Of a DNA stretch of 64,000 nucleotides, positions 1 through 10,937 are shown piece by piece. Position numbers and translations under genes: made by a program. How positions within the stretch are numbered: the stretch's first letter is position 1; each line of letters begins with the position of its first letter. The notes below the pieces were generated by a model that worked only from the letters and a program-made list of their open reading frames with translations, did not search any database and was not told where the DNA came from. The stretch is from an uncultured Gammaproteobacteria bacterium (GTDB lineage Bacteria; Patescibacteriota; Microgenomatia; UBA12405): NCBI GenBank assembly GCA_964463925.1, contig CAYXDV010000003.1, forward strand, positions 19,455-83,454. Direction: 5' to 3'.

Positions 1-1219
1 CAGCAAAACCGAGACCTACTAGTTTTTCTTTTACTGTCGCAGCTTGACCATTGATGTCTGTTGCGTTTAGGACTTGAAATTTAAGTTTTTTATTAATTGG
101 AGGCAAAGTAGGGGCAACTGTTGGCTCTTCGGTTGGGACTCCTGAGATTTCTTCTACAGGAGTAGGCGAAGTGTTTGCTGTTTGCTTGCTTGCGTTGTCT
201 CGATTAAAGACAAACCAAACTAAACCAGCTACTAAAAGCAGGGTTCCCAAGAAGACAAAAATAATAGGTTTGGTATTACGCTTGGAACTAGATAAATTAA
301 TGTCTGGTTCAAAAGCTCCAGTATTGTTCATAGTTGGTAATGGTGGTGGCGCGGTAGCCACTGGTGGAGTTGCTTCTGTAGCCACCGGTTTTACAATGGT
401 TTTTTTTACCATATTTTTGACGGTAGTGGATAGAAAGGCACCAATAATTGGTAACGTAAAATTGACTGGTTTTTTTAATTGAGTAGCCAAAGAAACTTCT
501 TCAAATTCAGCAGTCTCAAGATCTTCTGGTGCTTTGTACTCTATTTTGTGTCCTTTGGGGCTAAACAAACGACGAATTGGCTTGTCAAAATATAAATTGC
601 TATAGTTGATATGTTTGTTTAAGTCTGGATGTTGACTTTTGACTTTGCTGGTTGCGTAAACTTCGGAACCTTTGGCTAAAATCAAAGTATTCTCATCATT
701 ATCATAAGGGTAAAGTAAAAAATATTCCTGTTGATAAAAATTACTGACCGCTTTGGTTGCAGCGCGAGCAAGACTTAGATATGTGACTTTGGCAGGTAGA
801 TACTGTAATGACTGCAAATTGCGTTCCAATGCCTGAAACTTGGTTTTGTGAAACAAATCTGCATGAATTATGGTTTTTTGTGGAGTTTGCTCAAGACTAT
901 ATTCAACATTGTCCAGATCAAGTTCAAAGCTAACTACATCATGAGCCAATTTGATAACTTCTTTTTTGTCAATAGTTGTAGTTTTTGTATCGTACACAAA
1001 AGATTTGGTAACCATGACTTCTTCACTTAATAGAACCACCACTTCTTCTGGTTTTTGAGACTTTAAATAACTGTCTATTTGATTTAAATCAGTTGTTTGC
1101 GATTCTTTTGTGAGTGAGAAACTCAGAGAGAGGTGGTTGTTCGAGGTCGCATCAAGATAAAGCTCAGTGGTTGCTGTTTTTGGTAGTAAAACTAATTTTT
1201 TATTTTTTGCGAACAACAT
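1..1219 (-). CDS. Partial CDS (ATG at 1219-1217; C-terminus lies beyond the window start). Hypothetical bitopic membrane protein with a PilM/GspL-like N-terminal cytoplasmic domain, one TM helix, a Pro/Thr-rich linker and a C-terminal LytR_C-like domain.
   Basis: Manual reverse-strand translation gives an uninterrupted frame MLFAKNKKLVLLPKT...KLKFQVLNATDINGQAATVKEKLVGLGFA. It is absent from the ORF track only because there is no in-window stop. A hydrophobic segment IIFVFLGTLLLVAGLVWFVF follows the N-domain. The terminal KLKFQVLNATD..A..VKEKL..LGF pattern resembles the LytR_C domain. The N-domain aligns loosely with PilM and with the N-terminus of ORF 15442..17532. Confidence 0.5.
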   Translation of the reverse strand, partial: MLFAKNKKLVLLPKTATTELYLDATSNNHLSLSFSLTKESQTTDLNQIDSYLKSQKPEEVVVLLSEEVMVTKSFVYDTKTTTIDKKEVIKLAHDVVSFELDLDNVEYSLEQTPQKTIIHADLFHKTKFQALERNLQSLQYLPAKVTYLSLARAATKAVSNFYQQEYFLLYPYDNDENTLILAKGSEVYATSKVKSQHPDLNKHINYSNLYFDKPIRRLFSPKGHKIEYKAPEDLETAEFEEVSLATQLKKPVNFTLPIIGAFLSTTVKNMVKKTIVKPVATEATPPVATAPPPLPTMNNTGAFEPDINLSSSKRNTKPIIFVFLGTLLLVAGLVWFVFNRDNASKQTANTSPTPVEEISGVPTEEPTVAPTLPPINKKLKFQVLNATDINGQAATVKEKLVGLGFA

Positions 1220-1259
1220 AAGGCAGAAGTTAATCTGCATCTAGTATGACGAAAAAAAA

Positions 1260-1736
1260 CTACCAACGCAAGTGGGCAAAGGCCTTATTGGCTTCAGCCA
1301 TACGTTCTACTTCTGCTCGTTTGTTTACGGAAGCACCAGTATTATTGAAAGCATTTTGGAGTTCGGCAAAAAGTTTATCGGCGTAAGTATGGTGTGCTTT
1401 GTTTGGCAGGGCACGTGATTGCTCAACTAACCAACGGATAGCAAGAGAGGCTTGGCGATGTGGACGAACTGGAGTAGGCACTTGATAGACTGCACCTCCA
1501 ATTCTTCTTGGACGAACTTCTACCTTTGGTTTTATATTTTCCAGGGCCTGCTCTACAAAAATCAAAGGATCTTGATTAGTGGTTTCTTTAATTTTTTGCA
1601 AACAAGCATAGACTTGAGTGGCAGCAGGTCCTTTTTTACCATCGTACATAGAACGATTGATTAGTCTAGTGACTAGAGCACTACCGTAAATCAAATCTGG
1701 AGCAATTGTTTTTATAGATTGAGCACGTTTTCTCAT
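1260..1736 (-). CDS. rpsG: 30S ribosomal protein S7
   Basis: 158 aa; the C-terminal ...RMAEANKAFAHLRW and overall sequence are typical of S7. It sits directly downstream of rpsL. Confidence 0.95.
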   Translation of the reverse strand: MRKRAQSIKTIAPDLIYGSALVTRLINRSMYDGKKGPAATQVYACLQKIKETTNQDPLIFVEQALENIKPKVEVRPRRIGGAVYQVPTPVRPHRQASLAIRWLVEQSRALPNKAHHTYADKLFAELQNAFNNTGASVNKRAEVERMAEANKAFAHLRW

Positions 1737-1739
1737 AGT

Positions 1740-2162
1740 TTAGGTTTGACTGGCTCCTGGTTTTTTGGCCCCGTACTTACTTCTGGATTGAAGACGTCCA
1801 GCTACAGCACCAGCATCAAATTTACCACGGATAATATGATAACGAACACCAGGAAGATCGCGGACCCTTCCTCCCCTAATAGTCACAATTCCATGCTCGG
1901 CCAAATTGTGGCCGATACCTGGAATGTAGGCGGTGACTACTGTACGGTTGGACAAACGAACTTTGGCAACTTTGCGCAAAGCTGAATGTGGTTTTTTTGG
2001 AGTCATAGTTTTTACAACTGTGACCACACCTTTTTTAATTGGGTTTAATGTAGAAACTATTGCATTCTGCTTGCTATTAAAGGAGTCACGCAAGGCTCCG
2101 GTTTTTAATTTGTATACCCTTTTTTTACGTGGGCTTTTAATTAGTTGATTAAATGTCGGCAT
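1740..2162 (-). CDS. rpsL: 30S ribosomal protein S12 carrying a roughly 14-aa insertion near the N-terminus
   Basis: 140 aa; [12 protein letters not shown]...GHNLAEHG...[19 protein letters not shown] are S12 hallmarks. The extra segment [16 protein letters not shown] lies between the N-terminal basic region and PKKP. Confidence 0.95.
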   Translation of the reverse strand: MPTFNQLIKSPRKKRVYKLKTGALRDSFNSKQNAIVSTLNPIKKGVVTVVKTMTPKKPHSALRKVAKVRLSNRTVVTAYIPGIGHNLAEHGIVTIRGGRVRDLPGVRYHIIRGKFDAGAVAGRLQSRSKYGAKKPGASQT

Positions 2163-2165
2163 GGT

Positions 2166-5100
2166 TTATAAAGATAAAGTTTGCTTTTTCCCAACCGGAA
2201 TAAGACGTCCGATAATAACATTTTCTTTTAGACCGATCAAGTGATCAACAGAACCGAGAAGTGAATTTTCGGTTAGGGTAGTTGTCGTTTGCTGGAAGGA
2301 AGCAGCAGACAGCCAGGATCCTGTAGTCAGTGATGATTGGATTAATCCCAACAAAGTCTTGGCGCCTTTGGCTGGTTTTTTACCTTCAGCTTTGGCTTTG
2401 TCGTTCTCTGTTTGATAAATTGAATTGGGTACCACCTGTCCATACATGAACAGAGTGTCGCCTGGGTCGGTGATACGAACTTTATTTGTCATCTCGCGAA
2501 CTAGGACTTCAAAATGTTTGTCGTGGATACCGATCCCTTGAGATTCATAAACACCTTGGACATTGTTGATCAGATATCTTTGAGCGGCCTGATGTCCAGA
2601 AACTTCTTTGATCTGCTTAACATCTAATGGTCCGGTAGTTAAGGGAGTTCCCTGGGCAACCAGATCACCATTAGAAACTAATAGAGTTACTGTAGGAGGT
2701 AACATGTAGGTAACTTTTTTAGCTTTACCTTCTTCATCTTTACCTTCAAGGATGACTTCGTAAGAATCAGGATTCTCTTTGACTTTGATTTTTCCACCGA
2801 TTTCAGCAATTGGGGATGGAGCCTTTGGGGTACGCATCTCTAAGAGTTCTTGCACACGTGGCAAACCCTGGGTCACGTCTAAGCCAACTACTCCTCCTGT
2901 ATGTTTGGTACGAAGTGTTAATTGAGTACCAGGTTCTCCAATAGATTGGGCAGCAATAACGCCTGCTGGAACTCCGATTTTGATTGTTCTTCTGGTCGAT
3001 GGATCCCAACCATAACATTTTTGACAAAGTCCATAGCGAGTATTGCAGGTTAGTGGAGAGCGAACTTCAACAGTGTTTATAGATTCGTTGGCTTCAATTT
3101 GGGAAACCAATGCATCGTCTAGAAGAGTATTGGCAGCAATAATTACGTTACCTTTGGCGTCTTCTAAATCTTTTGCTAAGTAACGTCCAATTAGACGTTT
3201 GCCAAATACTCGTTTACGATTTTCTTCATTACGATCAATGACTACGCCTGTGGTAGTTTTACAATCATTTTCGCGAATAATACAGGCATGAGTTGCATCG
3301 ACCAACTTTCTGGTTAAATAACCAGCATCTGCAGTCTTTAGGGCAGTATCGGCCAAACCTTTGCGGGCACCGCGGGCACCAGTAATATATTCAAAAGTTG
3401 ACAAACCTTCACGAAGACTTGATTTGGTTGGAAGTGGAACGATTTTACCCGTTGGATCTACCATCAAGCCACGCATACCTGAAAGTTGTTTGATTTGGTC
3501 TTTAGAAGCGCGTTTAATACCAGCGCTAGCAATTAAACGAATTGGAGAATCAGAATCCAAAGTAGCCCAAGTTTTGTCAGCGATAACATCAGTAATATCG
3601 AGCCATACTTGGTTGCTTAATCTGGTTTTTTCTCCTAGTGAGATTAATCCCATATTAAAGCTTTCTTCGATTTCAGAAACTTTTAATTCAGCTTCCTTAA
3701 TAAGCTTTGCCTTTTCTGGTAAGAAGCCACAATCTTCCATAGCCAAGGAAATACCGGACATAGTAGTTCCGATAAAACCTAGGTTTTTTAGGGCATCTAA
3801 TAGTTTTACTGTTGCTTTGCGTCCAAGTTTTGACAAGCAATTTAGCGCCAGTTCTTTGGTTTGTTTACCACCAACAACCGGTTCATTGATAAAATTTAAT
3901 CCTTTTGGCAAAACTGAGTTGAAGAGTAAACGTCCATAGGTTGTCCTTACAATTTTGTGATCTATATAGACATTAATCAATTGACGTAATTCTATTTTTC
4001 CAGATTGATAGGCTAAAACTGCTTCATCAGAGCTACCGAAAAGCGAGAGGTCATTGTCAGTAACAGACTCCATTTTGGACTGGTCTTCTTGCCTAATAGA
4101 GGTGATGTAATACAAACCAATGGCCATTTCTTTTGAAGGCAAGGCAACAGGCGAACCATCAGATGGCTTTAACAAGTTGCGACTTGGCAACATGAAGCGA
4201 CGAGCTTCTCGCCTTGATGCCTCTGATAAAGGTAAATGAACACCCATTTGATCACCGTCAAAGTCTGCATTAAAACCCTCACAAACACCGGGGTGAAGCC
4301 TGATGGCCAGACCGTCAACCAAAACCGGCTTAAAAGCAAGGATTGATAATTTATGTAGTGTTGGAGCACGGTTTAAGAGTACATAACTATTTTTGGTTAC
4401 AAGATCCAACATATCGTAAACTTCCTTAGCTTTGTTATCGATTAGATTTTTGGCACTTTTAATGTTGGCAGCAATCCCGCTTTCCATAAGCTCGTGGAGC
4501 AAAAATGGACGATAAATTTCCATGGCAATTTCTTTTGGTAAGCCAACCTGGTTGAGTTTTAGTTCGGGTCCGACAACGATAGCGCTACGACCAGAATAGT
4601 CTACACGCTTACCAAGTAAGTTACGACGAAAACGACCCTTTTTACCCTTAAGCATGTCAGACAGAGATCTGGGGGTACGCTTTAAAGTTTTGCGTCGATT
4701 CTTCATGGTTTTAGTAGAATCGATTAACATGTCAACTACTTCTTGAAGCATTCGCTTCTCGTTGCGCAAAATAATTTCTGGAGCTCCAAGCTTTACTAAT
4801 TTCTTCAAACGGTTGTTTCGATTGATTACTCGCCTGTAAAGATCATTTAGATCTGAAGTGGCAAAACGACCGCCAGTTAATTGGACCATAGGTCGCAAAT
4901 CAGCTGGGATAACAGGCACTACATTCATGACCATCCACTCTGGTTTAATGCCTGCTTCAGACATTCCTTTTAGTACACGTAATTTATACATTAATTTGCG
5001 CTTCTTCAAACGAGAGCTAGTTTTTTCAACATCTTTTTTCAATTGTTCAATTGTGGCTCCAATATTAATATTGGACAGTACTTTGTAAACAGCCTGAGCA

Positions 5101-5909
5101 CCCATGTCTGCCTTGAAAAAAATGTCGGCTTTGAAGGATTCAAGATAGGACATTTCTTCATCAGTTAGAATGCTTAATACATCCAAACTGGTTACAGTAT
5201 CTTCTAAGAATTGGATTAGGCTTTGGATTTTGTTTTTCTCGGCAATGGCTTTGTTTTCCATTTTCTGGATGTCTTGTTTTAGTTTTACATCCATTTCCTT
5301 CTGGGCTAAAGCTAACTGTTCAGAATTTTTGATCTTTTTACCAAGACCGATTCTTTCTTCTTCTGCTTGAGATTGGCGTTTGGCAATGGCTTGTTGGGTA
5401 AAGGTATCAATCTCCTGTTGATGAAGTTTGGAATTTGAATGGAGGTTGGCTACGGCTTCTTTACGAAGAGAAGCATCAACTTCAATTACTAAGTACTTAG
5501 TAAAATAGACTACAGCTTCTAACTCTTTTTGAGGTATATCTAAAATAACACCCATTGGCGATGGACTATTTTTTAGATACCACAAATGAGCAACCGGAGC
5601 GGCCAGATTGATATGGCCCATACGCTCACGACGAATTTTACTTGTAGTAACTTCCACACCACACTTATCACAGATAATACCTTTGTAACGCATCTTTTTA
5701 TATTTGCCGCAAAAACATTCATAGTCTTTGGTTGGACCAAAGATTTTTTCACAAAACAAGCCATCTTTCTCAGCACGGAAGGTGCGATAGTTGATGGTTT
5801 CAGGTTTAGTAACTTCGCCGTTTGACCAAGCTAATATGGTATCCGGAGAAGCAAGCTTGATTTGCAATCCGTTAAAATCTGATAAGTTAGTAAGGCTTAG
5901 ACTAAGCAT
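2166..5909 (-). CDS. rpoC: DNA-directed RNA polymerase subunit beta'
   Basis: 1247 aa; NADFDGDQM catalytic motif, N-terminal zinc-binding Cys cluster, and co-linear with rpoB. Confidence 0.97.
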   Translation of the reverse strand: MLSLSLTNLSDFNGLQIKLASPDTILAWSNGEVTKPETINYRTFRAEKDGLFCEKIFGPTKDYECFCGKYKKMRYKGIICDKCGVEVTTSKIRRERMGHINLAAPVAHLWYLKNSPSPMGVILDIPQKELEAVVYFTKYLVIEVDASLRKEAVANLHSNSKLHQQEIDTFTQQAIAKRQSQAEEERIGLGKKIKNSEQLALAQKEMDVKLKQDIQKMENKAIAEKNKIQSLIQFLEDTVTSLDVLSILTDEEMSYLESFKADIFFKADMGAQAVYKVLSNINIGATIEQLKKDVEKTSSRLKKRKLMYKLRVLKGMSEAGIKPEWMVMNVVPVIPADLRPMVQLTGGRFATSDLNDLYRRVINRNNRLKKLVKLGAPEIILRNEKRMLQEVVDMLIDSTKTMKNRRKTLKRTPRSLSDMLKGKKGRFRRNLLGKRVDYSGRSAIVVGPELKLNQVGLPKEIAMEIYRPFLLHELMESGIAANIKSAKNLIDNKAKEVYDMLDLVTKNSYVLLNRAPTLHKLSILAFKPVLVDGLAIRLHPGVCEGFNADFDGDQMGVHLPLSEASRREARRFMLPSRNLLKPSDGSPVALPSKEMAIGLYYITSIRQEDQSKMESVTDNDLSLFGSSDEAVLAYQSGKIELRQLINVYIDHKIVRTTYGRLLFNSVLPKGLNFINEPVVGGKQTKELALNCLSKLGRKATVKLLDALKNLGFIGTTMSGISLAMEDCGFLPEKAKLIKEAELKVSEIEESFNMGLISLGEKTRLSNQVWLDITDVIADKTWATLDSDSPIRLIASAGIKRASKDQIKQLSGMRGLMVDPTGKIVPLPTKSSLREGLSTFEYITGARGARKGLADTALKTADAGYLTRKLVDATHACIIRENDCKTTTGVVIDRNEENRKRVFGKRLIGRYLAKDLEDAKGNVIIAANTLLDDALVSQIEANESINTVEVRSPLTCNTRYGLCQKCYGWDPSTRRTIKIGVPAGVIAAQSIGEPGTQLTLRTKHTGGVVGLDVTQGLPRVQELLEMRTPKAPSPIAEIGGKIKVKENPDSYEVILEGKDEEGKAKKVTYMLPPTVTLLVSNGDLVAQGTPLTTGPLDVKQIKEVSGHQAAQRYLINNVQGVYESQGIGIHDKHFEVLVREMTNKVRITDPGDTLFMYGQVVPNSIYQTENDKAKAEGKKPAKGAKTLLGLIQSSLTTGSWLSAASFQQTTTTLTENSLLGSVDHLIGLKENVIIGRLIPVGKKQTLSL

Positions 5910-8900
5910 TGGATACCTCCTGAGTTAAAGTTTCTTCCGCGGGTGCAGTAGATTCCTCTGTCACTTCGCCTTCGGAAGGATTGGTAACGGGTAGAATTTC
6001 AATACACAAACCAGCAAGTTCTTTTGTTAGAACTTTGAAAGATGCTGGCATTGCAGGTTCTGGAATTTTAAGACCCTTAATAATTGCTTGATAAGCTCCT
6101 GAACGACCTTCTAAATCATCTGATTTAAGGGTCAAGCTCTCTTGAAGAATATGGGCTGCTCGGTGAGCTTCTAGGGCCCAAACTTCCATTTCTCCCAAAC
6201 GCTGACCTCCCATGCGGGCTTTACCACCCAAAGGCTGCTGGGTAACTAAAGAGTATGGACCAGTAGATCTTGCGTGGAATTTGTCTTCCACCATGTGATG
6301 AAGTTTGAGAATGTAGCTGATACCAACCAAGACATCTTGTTCATACTTTTTACCTGTTCTTCCATCAAATAATTGAGTTTTACCATTTACTGGTAAGCCG
6401 GCAGCGACTAACTCTTTGGCAATTAAATCTTCATCATATTTTTCAAAGGTTGGCACGGCATAGGTTTTGCCTAGGCGGTAACCAGCGTAACCAAGCATTG
6501 TCTCGAGAACCTGTCCAAGATTCATACGAGAAATTACTGAGAGTGGTGACATAACCATGTCAACTGGAGTACCATCGGCTAAACGTGGCATGTCGTGACT
6601 GGGCATAATTTTGGCAATTACACCTTTGTTTCCGTGTCGTCCAGCAATCTTGTCACCTTCTTGGATACGTCGCATTTGAGCAACATATACCTTAACTACT
6701 TTGTTTACGCCTGGGTCCAACTCATCGTGAGCATCGCGATCAAGAACGTCGACTTTAATCACTACACCACTCTCACCATTGGGTACGCGCAAGCTGGTGT
6801 CTTTGACTTCACGAGCCTTCTCTCCAAAGATTGCTCGTAGCAAGCGTTCTTCTGCTGAAAGTTCTTTTTCCCCTCTGGGTTCAACTTTGCCAACCAAGAT
6901 GTCGTTTGGACCAACATTGGCTCCGATCATCACAATTCCATCTTCTGTTAGCTTTGCTAGTTGCTCTTCAGCTACCCCTGGAATATCGCGGGTTAACTCT
7001 TCTGGACCCAACTTGGTGTCAACTACCTGAGCTTCATATTCGTAGATATGGATGCTAGTAAAAATATCTTCTTTTATCAAACGATCAGAGACTAAAAAGG
7101 CATCCTCAAAGCCGTAACCATCAACTGAAGCATAGGCAACTAGCAAGTTGCGACCTATTGCCAGTTCGCCACCAGCTGCAGCCGGACCGTCAATGATCAA
7201 ATCCCCTTTCTTAACTTTTTGACCAGGAGTTACTACAACCTTTTGGTTATAACAAGTACCGTTTGGACTTGTTCTGATGAATTTTTCGACAGGATAGGTT
7301 ATTTTTCCTATAATCACTTTATCAGCATCAACATAACTAACTACTCCGTCTTCTTTGGCAAGAACATTGCGATTCATAGCGTTGGCAATATCGTCTTCCA
7401 TACCAGTGCCAACTACCGGCTTTTCTGTGGAAATTAGCGGAACTGCTTGACATTGCATGTGCGAGCCCATTAGAGCACGAGTAGCATCATCATGGTCAAC
7501 AAATGGAATAAGAGAAGCTGAAGTTCCTAAAATTTGTCTAGGAACCATATCAATGTAAGCAACTTGTTCTAGAGGTGCACTTCCGAAGTCACCTTCAAAC
7601 TTTACTGGGACTATTTCATCAGTGATCTTTCCGTCTTTATCTACATTAACCCCAAGATGAGTAGTCTTGACATTGTATTCATCATCAGGACTTAGATAAA
7701 CAATCTCGTCAGTAATTTTTTTGTTCTCAATTTTTCGGTATGGGGCCTCAATAAATCCGTATTTATTGACTCGTGAATATAGTGCAAGGTAGGTAACCAA
7801 GCCAATATTTGGTCCTTCTGGAGAACGGACTGCACAGATCTTTCCATATTGAGAGCTGTGTACGTCACGAATGCTGAAAGAAGCGCGTTCACGAGTAAGC
7901 CCTCCGGTTCCAGTAACTGTTACGCGTCGTAATAATTCTAGCTCAGATAAAGGATTGGTTTGATCCAAAATGGCTGACAACTGGTTTTGTTTGAAAAAGG
8001 TATTTAGAGCTGAAATTAGCGGTTGTGGGTTGATTAATTGGCTTGGTAAAACTCGATCTTTGGTGGAAATTAAGCTCATTCTTTCTTTAATCATGCGCTC
8101 AAATTTAGAAAGGGCTGGACGCAGAGCTACCTGAGCAACAATCTCGCCAACTGAACGAAGACGACGATTAGCTAAGCTATCGATATCATCTATTTTTTTG
8201 ACTTTTCCAAGTTGGAGGTCAATCAAATATTTAATTGTTGCAATTAAATCTTCCTTTTTAAGAACCCAATTTGCTTTGTCAGTGTCAGAAAGGTCTAGTC
8301 CGAATTTGTGATTGATCTTGTGTCGACCAACCATACCAAGTTCATAGGTTCGCAAATCGAAAAAGCGATCGTTGAAAAATTTCTCGATAGTTTCGGGAAC
8401 TATTGGCTCACCGGGGCGCATTTTTTTGTAGAATTCGACCAAAGCTTCTTGCTCGGTTTTGCTAGGATCAGCAGCAATCGTATGGTTGATAAATTCTCCA
8501 AATTCATGAACTAGAGTTTTGTCGTTTAGACCACAAGCGGCCCGTAATAAAACGGTAGCCGGTAACTTCTTTTTTCGGTCAATACGGGCAAAAATTACAC
8601 CTTTTTTACCAATTATAAATTCAAGCCAAGAACCTTTTTGTGGACGAACTTCAGCATTGTAGAGTAACTTTCCAGTGGCAGGATCGGCAGTACCGGTAAA
8701 ATAAATCCCTGGAGATCTTACTAATTGGTTAACGACTCCCCTTTCAATACCATTGATGATAAAAGTACCTTCGGAGGTCATGTTTGGTAAATTGAGGAAA
8801 TAAACATTTTCCTCAGTAACCTGACCTGATCTCTTGTTAGTTAGAGCTACCTTAACTTTAACCGGAATAGTGTAATTAAGAGCTTTTTTCTTAGCTAATG

Positions 8901-9117
8901 ATGGCGTGACAACAGCCGGATCATAAGTAACTTCGCCAAACTCAAGCAACCAATTGTTCCCAGTATAGTCTGAGACCGGTGTGATGGAGTGAATAATATC
9001 TGCAAAATCTTTACTTAAAAAACTTTGCCAAGAATCTTTTTGGACTTTTATTAAATCTAACTTTGGAAGATTGGAGTAGTCCTTGCCCCAATTTTGGCGA
9101 TGTTTACCCGATGACAT
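5902..9117 (-). CDS. rpoB: DNA-directed RNA polymerase subunit beta
   Basis: 1071 aa; conserved blocks [10 protein letters not shown]..., ...HGNKGV..., [12 protein letters not shown]; overlaps the rpoC start by 8 nt. Confidence 0.97.
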   Translation of the reverse strand: MSSGKHRQNWGKDYSNLPKLDLIKVQKDSWQSFLSKDFADIIHSITPVSDYTGNNWLLEFGEVTYDPAVVTPSLAKKKALNYTIPVKVKVALTNKRSGQVTEENVYFLNLPNMTSEGTFIINGIERGVVNQLVRSPGIYFTGTADPATGKLLYNAEVRPQKGSWLEFIIGKKGVIFARIDRKKKLPATVLLRAACGLNDKTLVHEFGEFINHTIAADPSKTEQEALVEFYKKMRPGEPIVPETIEKFFNDRFFDLRTYELGMVGRHKINHKFGLDLSDTDKANWVLKKEDLIATIKYLIDLQLGKVKKIDDIDSLANRRLRSVGEIVAQVALRPALSKFERMIKERMSLISTKDRVLPSQLINPQPLISALNTFFKQNQLSAILDQTNPLSELELLRRVTVTGTGGLTRERASFSIRDVHSSQYGKICAVRSPEGPNIGLVTYLALYSRVNKYGFIEAPYRKIENKKITDEIVYLSPDDEYNVKTTHLGVNVDKDGKITDEIVPVKFEGDFGSAPLEQVAYIDMVPRQILGTSASLIPFVDHDDATRALMGSHMQCQAVPLISTEKPVVGTGMEDDIANAMNRNVLAKEDGVVSYVDADKVIIGKITYPVEKFIRTSPNGTCYNQKVVVTPGQKVKKGDLIIDGPAAAGGELAIGRNLLVAYASVDGYGFEDAFLVSDRLIKEDIFTSIHIYEYEAQVVDTKLGPEELTRDIPGVAEEQLAKLTEDGIVMIGANVGPNDILVGKVEPRGEKELSAEERLLRAIFGEKAREVKDTSLRVPNGESGVVIKVDVLDRDAHDELDPGVNKVVKVYVAQMRRIQEGDKIAGRHGNKGVIAKIMPSHDMPRLADGTPVDMVMSPLSVISRMNLGQVLETMLGYAGYRLGKTYAVPTFEKYDEDLIAKELVAAGLPVNGKTQLFDGRTGKKYEQDVLVGISYILKLHHMVEDKFHARSTGPYSLVTQQPLGGKARMGGQRLGEMEVWALEAHRAAHILQESLTLKSDDLEGRSGAYQAIIKGLKIPEPAMPASFKVLTKELAGLCIEILPVTNPSEGEVTEESTAPAEETLTQEVSNA

Positions 9118-9177
9118 CGTATTTTTTTATTTGTTAAATTGTAAATGAGGCCACAGCCGGCCCAAGCAACGTTGCTT

Positions 9178-9206
9178 ATTATATATGTGTCGAACTGTTT
9201 GCGCAA
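9178..9206 (-). promoter_or_regulatory. Candidate sigma70-type promoter for rpoB (TTGCGC-17-TATAAT), followed by a GC-rich leader element (GCAACGTTGC / GGGCCGGCTGTGGCC)
   Basis: Minus-strand reading: TTGCGC aaacagttcgacacata TATAAT about 60 nt upstream of the rpoB ATG. GC-rich palindromic segments between the -10 and the ATG are unusual against the AT-rich background. Confidence 0.3.
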
Positions 9207-9225
9207 GGACCAGGAATAGCGATAT

Positions 9226-10383
9226 TTACTGTGATGTGGGTGGAATTGGGTTGTCGACACCACTAAAGATGATAGAGACAGTTTTGTAGGCTTCTTCGCA
9301 TTTTTTGGTATAATCTTCAAAGTTTTTTTGGTCAATTGGGTCGTCTGGCCCCATTCCCCCTGTACATACAAAGCTCCAGTAAATTCTGTCCTTAGTAGCA
9401 ACTAATGGATGGGCTTCGCCGACCCCCGATACACATTTATTAAAATCATTTAGCTCCTGACTATTAGTAAAACCTAAGGTATTTGGGGTATATAGAACTG
9501 TTATGCCTTGGTGATATTCACCAAATTTCCCAGTGACAGATTTAAATTCAAAATCTCCTATATTTTTTTCGTACCAATTAATTTTTTTATCGTCAAAACT
9601 TTTTAAGTAATCTGTTGTTTTTTGTGATTGGTGGCCATCACACTGGTCAAGCGAGGGTGTTCCGACAGAAGTTGTTTTCCAACCTTGCTCCGTATCTAAA
9701 GCATTTTTGTAGATATTGTATTCGGTGGGAGCACTGGTTGGAATGGAATTGAAATCAATAGTGACAGTTTGTAATATTTTTTCAAATTGAGTGCGAATAA
9801 AACTGATTTGATCGGGGCTAAGTGGTTGATTTGTATCTTCTGAAATTAATACTTTGCCTTGAAAACAGCTTGTCTCTGGTCCTTGATACTGATAAACAAA
9901 ATTTCTGGCGGTATGGCCAAGAGCGCCGTCTGGACGCTCTTCACTTATGGAATAAGAGTAGTTACCAATTTTTCTATTTTCTGGGTTATTTAAGATTTGA
10001 CATCTTTGTGGCAGCCAAAAGGAAAAAGAGGCTCCATTGTATCCGGAATTAGGGAGACTATCTTGTGGGAAGTATAGGCAAATATTACTACCTGTAGGAT
10101 CGCAAAGAGGAATGTAGGAATCGTATGCTTGAGTGTATTGTTTGGGATATTGAAAGCTTAAATTTCGCCCCGGAGCGCCAGCAGGGCTAGTATAGGTTAA
10201 GGATTCAGTTTGGCTGATTTGATTTGTGGGTGTAACTATGGACGAAACTGTCGGTTGGACATTACTCTTTGGATCTAATTTCGATTGTAAAGACAGGTTT
10301 CCAACAAGATATGCAGTGGTAACAAGTAAGAGGAAAAGTATAGTAATCAGACAATACAGGTACATTGGTTTTATTTTTGACAT
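9226..10383 (-). CDS. Hypothetical signal-anchored extracytoplasmic protein (385 aa, multiple Cys)
   Basis: N-terminal hydrophobic segment LYCLITILFLLLVTTAYLV. The start is 3 nt after the stop of the upstream ORF, suggesting operonic arrangement. No recognisable catalytic motif. Confidence 0.6.
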   Translation of the reverse strand: MSKIKPMYLYCLITILFLLLVTTAYLVGNLSLQSKLDPKSNVQPTVSSIVTPTNQISQTESLTYTSPAGAPGRNLSFQYPKQYTQAYDSYIPLCDPTGSNICLYFPQDSLPNSGYNGASFSFWLPQRCQILNNPENRKIGNYSYSISEERPDGALGHTARNFVYQYQGPETSCFQGKVLISEDTNQPLSPDQISFIRTQFEKILQTVTIDFNSIPTSAPTEYNIYKNALDTEQGWKTTSVGTPSLDQCDGHQSQKTTDYLKSFDDKKINWYEKNIGDFEFKSVTGKFGEYHQGITVLYTPNTLGFTNSQELNDFNKCVSGVGEAHPLVATKDRIYWSFVCTGGMGPDDPIDQKNFEDYTKKCEEAYKTVSIIFSGVDNPIPPTSQ

Positions 10384-10385
10384 GT

Positions 10386-10901
10386 TTATTTTTTTGCTTT
10401 GATAGTTGGGGTAGTTGTGGCAGAAGGACAGGACATTTGAGTACAGACAATAGAGCCATCAGCTTGGCAGGAGCAAGTATTGCAACCGTCGGCAGCCAAA
10501 AAACTTTGTCCAAGTTGATATGATTGATCGTTTAGAACACAGATTGGGGCGGGAGGTATTGTTGGCTGAGGCGAAATAAAACCAGTAGGGACTAAAGAAG
10601 TGTTTAAGGGTATTTTTATATTTTGATAACGATATAAATTATAGAATATTTTTCCGAAAACTAGGCAAAATAGAATAAATGATACAAGGGCAGTTAGCTT
10701 GAAAAAGTTGGCAGCATGAACCATTGCTGGATGTGGTTTGTCAGGTAGAGTGACAACTTTTGGAGTTGTTAGTGGGATTATTGGAGGTGGGGGCAATATT
10801 GTCTCAATTGGCTCTGGTGGTTTTGGGAGGGTAGTTCCCAATGATTGCTTATATTTATCAATTATTGCTTGGTATTCAAGATTAGCAGGATTTTGATCCA
10901 T
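10386..10901 (-). CDS. Hypothetical small protein with a Pro-rich N-region, one TM helix and a C-terminal 6-Cys module (CVLNDQSYQLGQSFLAADGCNTCSCQADGSIVCTQMSC); start taken at an internal Met (MDQNP...)
   Basis: The track ORF 10386..11159 would overlap MiaB-like 10938.. by more than 200 nt, so an internal ATG near 10901 is preferred. An alternative start at about 10724 (MVHAANFF..., signal-anchor) is also possible. The Cys spacing resembles small disulfide-rich, Kazal/antistasin-like extracellular modules. Confidence 0.5.
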   Translation of the reverse strand: MDQNPANLEYQAIIDKYKQSLGTTLPKPPEPIETILPPPPIIPLTTPKVVTLPDKPHPAMVHAANFFKLTALVSFILFCLVFGKIFYNLYRYQNIKIPLNTSLVPTGFISPQPTIPPAPICVLNDQSYQLGQSFLAADGCNTCSCQADGSIVCTQMSCPSATTTPTIKAKK

Positions 10902-10937
10902 ACAAGATGATAGAAAACTCTTGATAAAATAACAAGC

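Noticed and set aside
171-1030. Plus-strand ORFs 171..482 and 848..1030
   Set aside because: They lie antisense to a long uninterrupted minus-strand frame (1..1219) with protein-like features (TM segment, LytR_C-like end). Their own translations are low-complexity.
2803-9401. Numerous 60-190-aa ORFs inside rpoC and rpoB on either strand (e.g. 3361..3939, 6595..7058, 7219..7437, 9057..9401)
   Set aside because: They are fully embedded in or antisense to strongly supported RNA polymerase genes and have no independent support.
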